Assembly: GCA_016936235.1 (NCBI GenBank)
Contig: JAFGPK010000054.1
Span: 7,559-71,558 of the forward strand
Origin: Candidatus Fermentibacteraceae bacterium
Lineage (GTDB): Bacteria > Fermentibacterota > Fermentibacteria > Fermentibacterales > JCC-6
Direction of reading: 5' to 3'
DNA length: 64,000 nucleotides
Positions 17,823 through 26,784 of this stretch are shown piece by piece. A program made the position numbers and the translations under genes. Positions within the stretch are counted from its first letter, which is position 1; every line of letters begins with the position of its first letter. The notes below the pieces were generated by a model. That model worked only from the letters and a program-made list of their open reading frames with translations, ran no database searches and was not told where the DNA came from.

Positions 17823-19385
17823 TTACTCCCCCCCGCCCTTGAGGAGGCTGTCGGGTCTCACCCTCATGGTTCGCAGCCTGGAGAGGTCCGGTGTGACTAG
17901 ATCGCGTATATCGTCCAGCCCCATGGCCAGCATGGCCATCCGGTCCAGTCCGAGTCCCCACGCTATTACAGGTACATCTATACCCAGAGGAAGGCGGACC
18001 TCCGGTCTGAAGAGGCCGGCGCCGCCGCCTTCGACCCAGCCGAGGACCGGGTGGTGTATGTGCATCTCCACAGAGGGCTCCGTGAAGGGGAAATATCCCG
18101 GCAGGAACTTGTAATCGGAGGCTCCTGCTATCTCCGAGGCGAACATGGCAAGGAGACCCATCAGATGCCTGAGGTTGATCCCCTCGCCGAGTACTATACC
18201 CTCCACCTGAAAAAAGTCCGGAAGGTGGGTGGAATCCACCTGGTCGTACCTGAAGCATCTGGCTATCCCGAAGTACTTGCCGGGGATTTCAGGGTCGGAG
18301 GCCAGGGTTCTGGCCGACAGAGCCGTTCCCTGGGAGCGCATTATGGCCTGAAGGGACTGCCGGAGGCTGAAACTGTAACCCCATCCCCTGCCCCCAGTGT
18401 CTCCGCCGTTCTCATGGGCGGCGGCCACACTCTCCTCCAGGTGGGAAGGGGGGGGAGGAACGCTGCAGCCCTCCTCGAGGTAGTAGACATCGTGTATGTC
18501 CCTGGCGGGATGGAACTGGGGCATGAAAAGGGCGTCGTTGTTCCAGAACTCGCTCTCTGCCAGGGAGCCCCTCATCTCAGTGAAACCCAGGGCCACGAAC
18601 CTCTTCCTGACAGTGTCGAGGAACTGCCTGTAGGGGTGGAGCCTGCCCGTATGGATCTGTGAAGGCGGCATATCCAGGGAGTACCTTCTGAATGCCGCAT
18701 TGCGCCATTCTCCATCTGCCAGCACACCCGGTGTAATGGCTCCGATGGTTACCGTCTCCCTTGCCCGTTTCAGAGCCTCAAGTCCCTCATCCGTGACAGC
18801 AACCGTCCGCGTGATCAGGGTCACGACAACGAACTCGGCTCTGTCCCTTCCGCGTTTCGGGCTTCTCTCCCGAACAATGGCCGCGATCTCATCGGAAAGT
18901 GATCCAAGGTCTATCTCTCCGCCGTCTTCCAGGACCCGGTAGACCTGGTCCCACAGCTTCCCGTAGGGATTATCCTCTGCATCAGCCTCCAGATGGACAA
19001 GGTCGCCATCCTTCCTGACCAGGCCGCTCCTGAGAAGGGCTCCGAAACCGCTCCCCCACCGTCCGCGGTCGAAAGTGGCATCCTCCTGGATCTCCTGAAG
19101 CGTCCCGGCCCCATGGGCCAGCCGACGGAGGATGGCAAGCTCGGGTGTAACGCCGACCTTCAGGCTGGAGATCCCCAGAGGCCCCAGCTGGACGGACTCC
19201 TGCTCCTCCCTGGAGACCTCGATGACAAGGCCTCTGGACAGCAGCCACTCCACCGCCCTCCTGTACGAACCTTCCTCGGGGAGTTCGCTGTTCTCGATGA
19301 TCTCCCTGTCAGTGGATGCTCCGTGTTCTTCAAGATATGCAAGAAGTGTCTTCTCCAGCGGATGGAGGTCCCTGTCGGCAGTCAC
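17823..19385 (-). CDS. pheS: Phenylalanine--tRNA ligase alpha subunit, archaeal/eukaryal type
   Basis: 520 aa with an N-terminal winged-helix extension and a class II aaRS core: …FRPEVRLPLGIDVPVIAWGLGLDRMAMLAMGLDDIRDL. Confidence 0.85.
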   Translation of the reverse strand: MTADRDLHPLEKTLLAYLEEHGASTDREIIENSELPEEGSYRRAVEWLLSRGLVIEVSREEQESVQLGPLGISSLKVGVTPELAILRRLAHGAGTLQEIQEDATFDRGRWGSGFGALLRSGLVRKDGDLVHLEADAEDNPYGKLWDQVYRVLEDGGEIDLGSLSDEIAAIVRERSPKRGRDRAEFVVVTLITRTVAVTDEGLEALKRARETVTIGAITPGVLADGEWRNAAFRRYSLDMPPSQIHTGRLHPYRQFLDTVRKRFVALGFTEMRGSLAESEFWNNDALFMPQFHPARDIHDVYYLEEGCSVPPPPSHLEESVAAAHENGGDTGGRGWGYSFSLRQSLQAIMRSQGTALSARTLASDPEIPGKYFGIARCFRYDQVDSTHLPDFFQVEGIVLGEGINLRHLMGLLAMFASEIAGASDYKFLPGYFPFTEPSVEMHIHHPVLGWVEGGGAGLFRPEVRLPLGIDVPVIAWGLGLDRMAMLAMGLDDIRDLVTPDLSRLRTMRVRPDSLLKGGGE

Positions 19386-19402
19386 TTATGTCCTTTCGCC
19401 TT

Positions 19403-21787
19403 TCATGGCACCTTCCAGAGCTCAAGGTCCTCCGTGAGGAACATTCCCTGCTCCGGCCTGGGCACCGCGTTCTCACCCTTGAGCAGCGCTCCGCACTGGG
19501 GGCATACATAGGTGTTTGCGGTCAGCTCCGCATCGCACTCGGGGCAGATCAGCTGAAGCCTCTCGTCGATATAGGTCATCAGCTCCAGTGCGGAAACATA
19601 ACCGTTTCCATCGGCATCCGCATCTCCGCGGGATCCCCTGAGGAGAATGGGCGTAAGTATCCTTTCGCTGACACTGAGGTCCTCCCTTGCCGCGGTGAGA
19701 ACCATGACCCCGCTTCCCGGAGAGAAATCGTTCACGAAACCGCCGGAATGGCAGGCGTCGAAGAAAAGGAAGACCGGGGCCCGGGCCAGAGAGTCCACAA
19801 GCCCGGCAACCATGTCGTCAGAGACGTCCCCGTCGTAGAGGCAAAGGTACTCGTTTGCCGAGTCGGCTTCCTCGGGCCCTCCGGATCCCGGGTGTGAACG
19901 GTCCCCGTGGCCGCTGTAGAAAACTACGACCCTGTCCTCCCTTCCAGCCCTTTCGAGGAGAGCGGCCATGCCTCCCGTGAATTCGTCGACGGTGCTCATG
20001 GCGTCCACCAGCAGAATCACGTGATCCTCGGGGATCCCCTGGTCCACGGTCAGGAACTCGTAGAATTCAACGGCATCCATGCTTGCCCTGTTCAGGACAT
20101 CGGCGGAGGAGGGATAGCCGCTGATGCCCGCGCTGATGGCCCAGGTCTCCGGAAGAGGCGAGGGATCAGCAAGTCCCGTCCTCCGGATCCGGTTAACCTC
20201 CAGGTCGTAGGTCGTCTCCCCCGACCTCTCGTAGAGGTAAACGGTAACGCCGTACTCCGCATCCTCTTCCGCGTATACCTCCACCGCCTCGTCCCCGGCT
20301 GCGTCCACGGCACTGAGCCAGCCCTCCGCCACCAGGTCAAGACCGGGCCCCGTGACATACATGTCCAGATCGACATCCCTGTCCCCGCCTGAGAGCCCGA
20401 TGTCCAGGATGGTCCCGGCCTCTGCGGAGACCGTGTAGAAAGCGTCGGGGTTCTCAGACGTTATCCTGCCGGTGGAGGCGTGGTCAAGGACCCGGGCGTC
20501 CGCCGGTGAGACCGTGACCTGAGCGTCCCCCTGGGTATCGGGAGCGGAGAAGTACGGGTCGATCCATACAGTGTCCCCGGCGGCAATGTAGATGAGGAAA
20601 TCCTCGTCACCCCTCAACGACGCGAAGGTCAGAACCGGTTCGCCCTCGCCCCTCCATACGCGCACGTCCCCGTCCCTTGTCTTGTCGAATACGGCGCTCA
20701 CCCTGAAAAGACCTCCCGCAGGCGGGGAGAAGCCGACGGGCTGACTTGTTCCCGGGCCGAGGCCCACCGTCTTCATCACCGGAAGGGTCCTTTCGAGGAC
20801 ACCGGGTTCCCGTGTGCTGATAACGTAATCTGCGGCGTCGCCCGTTCCCGGGTCGAAAAGCAGTACGTCCGCCACCACCGCCTCACGGGAAGGGTAGAGC
20901 AGGAGGGATTCAACGGAGGAATATGACTGGCTTCCCATGAGGTATTCACCCGCCGCGTCATGGAGCAGGAGGTCGATGTCGGCACCGGGTGTCAGGATGG
21001 TCAGGTCAAAGAAGTACATTGAGTCGTGCTCCGGGATCATGAACCTGTGCATCTCGCCGGAGCTGATCGTTCCGTGCTCTCCCATGGGTCCGACGGACTG
21101 GAACCGGCCCGAAGGCTCCGCGGACAGGAGGAATTCGCCCGTTCCGGACTTACCGTACCTGCTCACAACCACGATAGCCGTCTCGGCGGGAAGCATGGAC
21201 ACGGTAACGGTCTCGAATCCCTCCAGTGACATGCTGCTGCCCCAGAGCCTCATGCCTGTCCCGTACACCTCCAGGTCCAGATCGGTCCCCCCCGTGCCCT
21301 CCAGCCTGAAGGTCCATCTGCCGGCGCTTTCCGGGGTGAACGTGAAGGTCCTGGCCATTGCGTTCCTTCCCACGATTCCATCCAGCTCCTCCCCGAATGA
21401 GATAGCGGAAGGTCCCACCGTATCAACTCTCAGGACGGCTGTCCCCACGGCCGGCTCCGATGGCCGGAGGCTGATGTAGAACCAGTAGTCGCTGAAGGCG
21501 GAGAGGACCATTCCGCTGCCGGGACCTGCGGTGCAGAGTATGTTCCCTGACTCATCGTAGGCCGCCATGTCCATCCTTTCGGGGGAGGATACGCTGAGGC
21601 AGACGTAGTCATCTTCCAGTATCCTTACCCATCCCTCCCCGGAGGAGAGGTCCACCACAGCTTCCTCTCCGGCGGTCAGGGTCTGAATATCCCCGGGGTC
21701 CGGCAGGACCACGGACAGAAGAACAGCGGGTAGAATGAACAGCATGACGCACCTCCATAATGGTTGTCTGACGTTGATTCCACGCAC
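19403..21787 (-). CDS. Secreted caspase-family (peptidase C14, orthocaspase) protein with N-terminal beta-rich repeats and C-terminal zinc-ribbon
   Basis: Signal peptide MLFILPAVLLSVVLP. The C-terminal region carries the caspase His-Cys dyad in its usual context (…VVVFYSGHGDRSH… and …VFLFFDACHSGGF…). The protein ends with CPECDAELTANTYVCPQCGALL, a CxxC…CxxC motif. Confidence 0.7.
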   Translation of the reverse strand: MRGINVRQPLWRCVMLFILPAVLLSVVLPDPGDIQTLTAGEEAVVDLSSGEGWVRILEDDYVCLSVSSPERMDMAAYDESGNILCTAGPGSGMVLSAFSDYWFYISLRPSEPAVGTAVLRVDTVGPSAISFGEELDGIVGRNAMARTFTFTPESAGRWTFRLEGTGGTDLDLEVYGTGMRLWGSSMSLEGFETVTVSMLPAETAIVVVSRYGKSGTGEFLLSAEPSGRFQSVGPMGEHGTISSGEMHRFMIPEHDSMYFFDLTILTPGADIDLLLHDAAGEYLMGSQSYSSVESLLLYPSREAVVADVLLFDPGTGDAADYVISTREPGVLERTLPVMKTVGLGPGTSQPVGFSPPAGGLFRVSAVFDKTRDGDVRVWRGEGEPVLTFASLRGDEDFLIYIAAGDTVWIDPYFSAPDTQGDAQVTVSPADARVLDHASTGRITSENPDAFYTVSAEAGTILDIGLSGGDRDVDLDMYVTGPGLDLVAEGWLSAVDAAGDEAVEVYAEEDAEYGVTVYLYERSGETTYDLEVNRIRRTGLADPSPLPETWAISAGISGYPSSADVLNRASMDAVEFYEFLTVDQGIPEDHVILLVDAMSTVDEFTGGMAALLERAGREDRVVVFYSGHGDRSHPGSGGPEEADSANEYLCLYDGDVSDDMVAGLVDSLARAPVFLFFDACHSGGFVNDFSPGSGVMVLTAAREDLSVSERILTPILLRGSRGDADADGNGYVSALELMTYIDERLQLICPECDAELTANTYVCPQCGALLKGENAVPRPEQGMFLTEDLELWKVP

Positions 21788-21821
21788 GCGGCGGGGTCCT
21801 GCCGACTCTGGATCCGGGCCT

Positions 21822-22526
21822 TTACAACCCCCCGCGTTCGTCTTCGAAGTTCATGGCGAAAGAACTGAAACCGGGCTCCGATACGGGGATCTTCTCCGCT
21901 TCCCTCAGCCTGAGGGCCAGATCCCAGCAGCAGAGCATAACGTAGCCCAGCATTCTCCGATGAAGGGAGAGCACCGCAGGGACCGTCTGGCCTGGATGAC
22001 CCAGCCGGAGGACGAAGCACCCGTCACGGATGCGTCGGGGAGGCCAGACCGAGAACGAGATCTCCAGGGAGCCGTCGGTGACGTCGGATGTCCTGAGCAG
22101 CGCTTTGAAAAGTTCGAAATCCCCGCCCAGATGATGCATGGCCGAGCGCATCTGATGTCTGGTCCGAATGGAATTGGCCGATGGGGGCGGCAGACTTGTC
22201 GTGAAGATCGCGGGTTCGTCCCTGGGATAGCCCAGTTCCAGAAGTGCCGAAGCTTCCCACAGACATGCTCCGAAAAGACCGGCAGCTATGTCGGGGGGAA
22301 GATGGATGGTGGTCCGTGAAATGCCCGAAAGAAGGTTGAGGTACCTGGAGAGCCTGTCCACCCTGCCGCTGGAAGGGCTCCGGGCTATCTCGCCGACATG
22401 GGTTCGAAGCGTGTCGAATCCGTCCATCCTCACTTCGGAGGTTCTTCCCCCGCTCCATATCGCGGAATAGTAGAGGAGCCTGGAGATGCTGTCCGGATCA
22501 CTGAAGCTCGACGGGAAACGGGTCAT
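21822..22526 (-). CDS. Hypothetical protein (no recognised domain)
   Basis: 234-aa ORF whose ATG overlaps the xerD-like stop (ATGA). Confidence 0.4.
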   Translation of the reverse strand: MTRFPSSFSDPDSISRLLYYSAIWSGGRTSEVRMDGFDTLRTHVGEIARSPSSGRVDRLSRYLNLLSGISRTTIHLPPDIAAGLFGACLWEASALLELGYPRDEPAIFTTSLPPPSANSIRTRHQMRSAMHHLGGDFELFKALLRTSDVTDGSLEISFSVWPPRRIRDGCFVLRLGHPGQTVPAVLSLHRRMLGYVMLCCWDLALRLREAEKIPVSEPGFSSFAMNFEDERGGL

Positions 22527-23500
22527 GTTTCCCGTGACCTGGGATGATACCTGTCCATCACCGATCTCAGCCAGCTTCTGTCAACGCTGGTGTAGATCTC
22601 CGTGGTACGGATGTCGGAGTGCCCCAGCAGCTCCTGGACAACCCTGAGGTCGGCCCCTCCCTGAAGCAGATGAGTGGCGAAGGAATGTCTCAGGGTATGG
22701 GGATGAACCTTGTCCTTCACGCCGGCCCTGCGGGCTGAGGTCCTCACGATGTTCCATACGGTCATCCTGGAAAGCCGATTCCCCCTGTATGTAAGGAAGA
22801 GCATCGGCGTTGACGGACCGCAGGCGAGAAGAGGCCTCGCCTCGTCAAGGTACCTGGAGATCCATCTGACCGCGGCTCCTCCGATGGGTACCAGCCGCTC
22901 CTTCGATCCCTTGCCCAGCGGCCTGACCATGGACTGGTCAAGGTGGACCCTTGCCACGGTCATGCCGGTTATCTCGCTTTCCCTGAGCCCGGCTCCGTAA
23001 GCAAGCTCCATGAGTGCGCGGTTCCTCAATGAGAGCGGTGAGTCCCCGTTCCAAACCTCGATCATTGCCTTGACGGTATCCACGCTGACGGCGTGGGGAA
23101 GCCTGTCGGGCTTTCTCGGGGAGGGCATCATCTCCGCCGGGTTGTCCTCCCGCAGTCCCGATATCTGCAGGTACCTGTAATAGCCCCTGACCGTGGAGAG
23201 CTTCCTCCTTATGCTGGTCGAGGAATAACCCTCCGACGACAGAAAGGACACATAGTCAGCCAGATCGGCATAGCTGGCATTTGAAACGTCGGCCATCCTC
23301 TCCGAGGTCCCCGCGGTATCCCTGCACGCCTCGGAGAGCCAGCGCAGGTAATGAACCAGGTCCCTCTGGTAGGCCTCCACAGTGGACAGAGCCAGCTTCT
23401 TCTCCAGGGCGGAGTATTCCAGGAATGAATCCAGCGACGGAGAACCGATCAGCGTCTCAGCCATTCTTCGCCAGCCATGCCCTGAAACCCTCTCCCTCAC
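22523..23500 (-). CDS. xerD: Tyrosine site-specific recombinase XerD/XerC family
   Basis: …HTLRHSFATHLLQGGADLRVVQELLGHSDIRTTEIYTSV… is the catalytic C-terminus with the R-H-R-Y box arrangement. The N-terminal core-binding domain shows the SAM-like pattern of XerC/D. The alternative ATG at about 23464 would remove the overlap with the upstream gene. Confidence 0.85.
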   Translation of the reverse strand: MRERVSGHGWRRMAETLIGSPSLDSFLEYSALEKKLALSTVEAYQRDLVHYLRWLSEACRDTAGTSERMADVSNASYADLADYVSFLSSEGYSSTSIRRKLSTVRGYYRYLQISGLREDNPAEMMPSPRKPDRLPHAVSVDTVKAMIEVWNGDSPLSLRNRALMELAYGAGLRESEITGMTVARVHLDQSMVRPLGKGSKERLVPIGGAAVRWISRYLDEARPLLACGPSTPMLFLTYRGNRLSRMTVWNIVRTSARRAGVKDKVHPHTLRHSFATHLLQGGADLRVVQELLGHSDIRTTEIYTSVDRSWLRSVMDRYHPRSRET

Positions 23501-24884
23501 CGTTCGACCGGAGGACCTTCAGGCTCTCCCCCCGGCTGAGAGACACCGATACTCCCCGGGACTCCAGCTGGTGGACCGCGAGTATCGCACTCGTATGGTC
23601 CAGGTACTCCCTCAGAAGCAATGGAGCCTTCCTGAGCAGGTCCCATGACTCCCTCAGAGAGACGCCCATGACATCCCTGAGTGCTTCGGCCACCGTATCC
23701 TCGTCCTCCGGGGCCGGCCTGCACAGGAAAAGCCTCAGAGGCCTTCCTCCGGATATCTCCTCGAGGTTCCTCGCGATCTTGAAATCCGCAGCCCCGGTCT
23801 CCTCGTCCGATTCCTCGATCTCCTTCAACGGGGTTTCCGTTCCGGAAGCAGCTGCTTCCGTCAGGATAGTCCCGGTTTCAGTTCCGGCTTCATCCCCGAA
23901 GAGGTCGGCCTGCGATTCCTCCCGCTCTCCAAGGACCGGAGGCAGCAGCCTGTCCGTATCGATACCGGACGGCGGAGGAAAGAGGCACACTACATCCGGG
24001 GCCGGTTCTTCAGCCCAGGGGGAATGCTCCCTGGTCCCTACCACGGGCGGAGGGTCGGTCGAGGGAGCTTCGGGAGGCAGGAACTCCAGTACGTGAGGCA
24101 CCGCATCGACACTCGTATCTGGGAGTACGGGGGGTTCCAGCCTGTAATCCCCGATGTGAGAGACAGCCGGGGCTCCGACGGCGAATCTGGCCGGCGGATA
24201 CATTATCACTACCCCGCCGTCGGTCTCGATGATGTCCAGCGGAGGCGGCTCAGCCTGGAAGCCGTCAGGGAGGTCTGCTACCGGAGGAACCTCTTCCGCG
24301 GCCTCCTGTGCTTTCTCAGGCTCCTTGCGGAAAAGCGAATCGCTGGCGTCCTCCTCTTCCCCGGCGTGAGTCCACGACCTGAATACGGCGTTGGACTTCC
24401 TCCTCTCCGAGAGGCTCTCCTGGAACGGGGTCTCGGTCTCTACCCTCACGATGCCGCCCGCTTCGGTGACGGACCTCTTTATTCTTCTTGCGGCCTCGCT
24501 GTCCACACCCTTGCTCAGGACGAAAGGCATCCTGGAGAGCCAGAGGATGATCTGATCCTGCGGGAGCCTTGTAAGTTCCTGGAGCCTTCTTCTGAGGCGG
24601 GTCCTGTATCCCGGTCTGTAATTCACCAGAAGAACCCTGAACAGGGGGACGGGCTCAGTCCTTACCTCGCTGTCCGGCAGGACCCTTACGGATATCCCCT
24701 TGTCCCGTTTCAGTCTGTCGGCGAGTTCCTGGGCCTCGGTCTCCGAGAATCCGCCGGAGACGACCTTCTCATCCCGGCTGAACAGAAGGAGTATACTTTC
24801 CACAGGAAGGCCCGTGCGCTCATTGAGCACCCGCACTGACACCTCGGACGGACTCTTGCCGAGGACCTCGACCTTCCACTTCAT
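23457..24884 (-). CDS. Protein with three ribosomal L7/L12 C-terminal-domain-like modules separated by acidic/Pro-rich linker
   Basis: Residues 1-70 (KVEVLGKSPSEVSVRVLNERTGLPVESILLLFSRDEKVVSGGFSETEAQELADRLKRDKGISVRV) align position-for-position with the L7/L12 CTD ([66 protein letters not shown]). Two further copies lie at about 95-160 and 400-465. The middle is a low-complexity D/E/P-rich region. Confidence 0.55.
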   Translation of the reverse strand: MKWKVEVLGKSPSEVSVRVLNERTGLPVESILLLFSRDEKVVSGGFSETEAQELADRLKRDKGISVRVLPDSEVRTEPVPLFRVLLVNYRPGYRTRLRRRLQELTRLPQDQIILWLSRMPFVLSKGVDSEAARRIKRSVTEAGGIVRVETETPFQESLSERRKSNAVFRSWTHAGEEEDASDSLFRKEPEKAQEAAEEVPPVADLPDGFQAEPPPLDIIETDGGVVIMYPPARFAVGAPAVSHIGDYRLEPPVLPDTSVDAVPHVLEFLPPEAPSTDPPPVVGTREHSPWAEEPAPDVVCLFPPPSGIDTDRLLPPVLGEREESQADLFGDEAGTETGTILTEAAASGTETPLKEIEESDEETGAADFKIARNLEEISGGRPLRLFLCRPAPEDEDTVAEALRDVMGVSLRESWDLLRKAPLLLREYLDHTSAILAVHQLESRGVSVSLSRGESLKVLRSNGEGEGFRAWLAKNG

Positions 24885-24905
24885 GCGCTTTTCCGAACCG
24901 GGCGG

Positions 24906-25928
24906 CTACAGCTGTCTTCTGATGAGTTCGATCCTGTCCCCGATCCTCACCAGATCAGAGGTCGAGACGGAGAATATCATGACAGCCGCGGTCTCATCGG
25001 TGGTATCCAGTACGATCAGCTCGGCCACCTGGACGTCAGGCGTCACTTCCGTCCCTCCCGCGGGATCCATCACCTGCTGGCCGTACTTGTACATACCGTA
25101 GACATCTCCCGGCCTGAGGCCGTCCGACGAGCCCCTGTCGATGTAGGCTACATCGTATGAGTAGATCCTCTCCAACCCTTCGTCCTGGAAAGCCAGTACG
25201 TAGGCGTCAAGGTCCTCCGCTGTCCCGGAGGATGCCACCGGGATCGGTGAGGCGGCATTGTAGGGAACAAGCATGTCGCCGTAGGTCACCGGCATATAGG
25301 CGTGCTCCAGAAGGACCACGCTGGAGCCCGGATCGGTGTCCACCACCCTGCACACGCCGGAGACCCTGTAGACATCTCCCAGAAGAGCCCCGGTAACGGG
25401 ATGCCTTACAACCTCTCCCTGCTTGTAGAGCTTGTAGACCATGTCCGTCTGCACGCCGTCGTCCCGACCTATGTCGATGGCAAGCAGGTCGCCGGGATAG
25501 GCGTTGATGTCCTCGAAGGGATCTTCCTCTTCCAGGTCAGTTTCTATCACGTAACCGGAGGGCTGCAGAGGTGTGTCGGTGACCATTCCCGCTGTTTCCA
25601 GGACCAGCCTGCTGATGAGGGGTCTGCTGCTGGAGCCGGAGGTGGTGTAGATCCCGCCCGTGTACAGGGGTCCCTGATCCACGATGATCATCTCACCGTA
25701 GATGTCGGGGATTATGAGATCGGTCCCGGGCTGGAGGTATCTGACCTCCACCCCTGGATTCGCATTGAGGATCTCGTCCCAGTAGAATGGAGTGTCGTAG
25801 TACTGAATGGACAGATCCCACAGGGTGTCCCCGTATCTTATGTAATGTGTCCTCGCGCCGCTTGCGATGGAGAATGTCCCGGTCAGAAGGATGGCCAGGA
25901 CCCACAGAACCAGAGTGAAGCGTTTCAT
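24906..25928 (-). CDS. LysM domain-containing secreted protein
   Basis: Signal peptide MKRFTLVLWVLAILLTGTFSIASG. HYIRYGDTLWDLSIQYY…WDEILNANPGV…LQPGTDLIIP is a LysM motif. The ATG at 25928 is preceded by GGGAGG at -10; the upstream ATG at 25955 has no RBS. Confidence 0.7.
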   Translation of the reverse strand: MKRFTLVLWVLAILLTGTFSIASGARTHYIRYGDTLWDLSIQYYDTPFYWDEILNANPGVEVRYLQPGTDLIIPDIYGEMIIVDQGPLYTGGIYTTSGSSSRPLISRLVLETAGMVTDTPLQPSGYVIETDLEEEDPFEDINAYPGDLLAIDIGRDDGVQTDMVYKLYKQGEVVRHPVTGALLGDVYRVSGVCRVVDTDPGSSVVLLEHAYMPVTYGDMLVPYNAASPIPVASSGTAEDLDAYVLAFQDEGLERIYSYDVAYIDRGSSDGLRPGDVYGMYKYGQQVMDPAGGTEVTPDVQVAELIVLDTTDETAAVMIFSVSTSDLVRIGDRIELIRRQL

Positions 25929-26031
25929 AACAGACTGACCTCCCGGGTGGTCCATATTAATGAGCGAACTTCATAACTTCATAATATTCTAAGTTCACAT
26001 ATTACTCAAGTCAAATAGCCTCATCCGCGTA

Positions 26032-26784
26032 CTAGTCCGGTGAGGGGTACAGGACCGAGTGGCCGAGAACTCCGGGCGTCCTGATAACGGTCACGTTAAA
26101 GGATCCCCCCACTCCGGCGACCGATTCCCTGTTGGGCCGGTTCACGGCGAGCATGAGCTCCCCGCTGCCCGGAGAATCACCGGTCCAGCTGCTTCCGGCT
26201 GCAACGGGACTTGTCTCTCCCACGGCCATCACCAGTTCCCCGTTGGTCGCTCCGGGGACCAGGGCCATGGTTGTGGAAAAATAATCTATGCCCGACGGCC
26301 CGCAGGCACCGGTTTCCATGGAAACATTTCCACTGGCGCTGATCACCAGACGATCGCCCTGTGTGAGTTCCATGCCGGTACCGACCCATCCTGCGGCGGC
26401 GGGGACCTCCAGGGTCATTCGCGCTTCGCTGGAGGGAGGGCTCCAGATTATTGAAGCCACATCATCGTCGGAGATCTCCATGGTTCCCGTTCCGTTCCCT
26501 ATCGTGAAGGTTCCGTCAGCATATCGGACATATCCCCGGCAGTCGATACCGACCTCCCGGTGGAAGACCCTTCCCTCATCCTGTTCCAGCGCTATCTCCG
26601 AGCCGCTTATCCTGACTGCCCCGCCATCCACCGATTCAAGCCGGCCCGAGAGCACACGGCCCTCTGCAGTGACCAGCCTGTCGGGCCGTCGTTTGCATCC
26701 CGCAACACAGGCAGCGCTTATCAATACCAGTACCGTTATCCTGAATATGATGGCTTTATGGAATACGGATGCTGCAGATATCAT
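26032..26784 (-). CDS. Lipoprotein of unknown function
   Basis: LVLISAACVAGC is a lipobox. 250 aa, Gly/Ser-rich with a beta-like pattern. The start overlaps the lon stop (ATGA). Confidence 0.5.
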   Translation of the reverse strand: MISAASVFHKAIIFRITVLVLISAACVAGCKRRPDRLVTAEGRVLSGRLESVDGGAVRISGSEIALEQDEGRVFHREVGIDCRGYVRYADGTFTIGNGTGTMEISDDDVASIIWSPPSSEARMTLEVPAAAGWVGTGMELTQGDRLVISASGNVSMETGACGPSGIDYFSTTMALVPGATNGELVMAVGETSPVAAGSSWTGDSPGSGELMLAVNRPNRESVAGVGGSFNVTVIRTPGVLGHSVLYPSPD

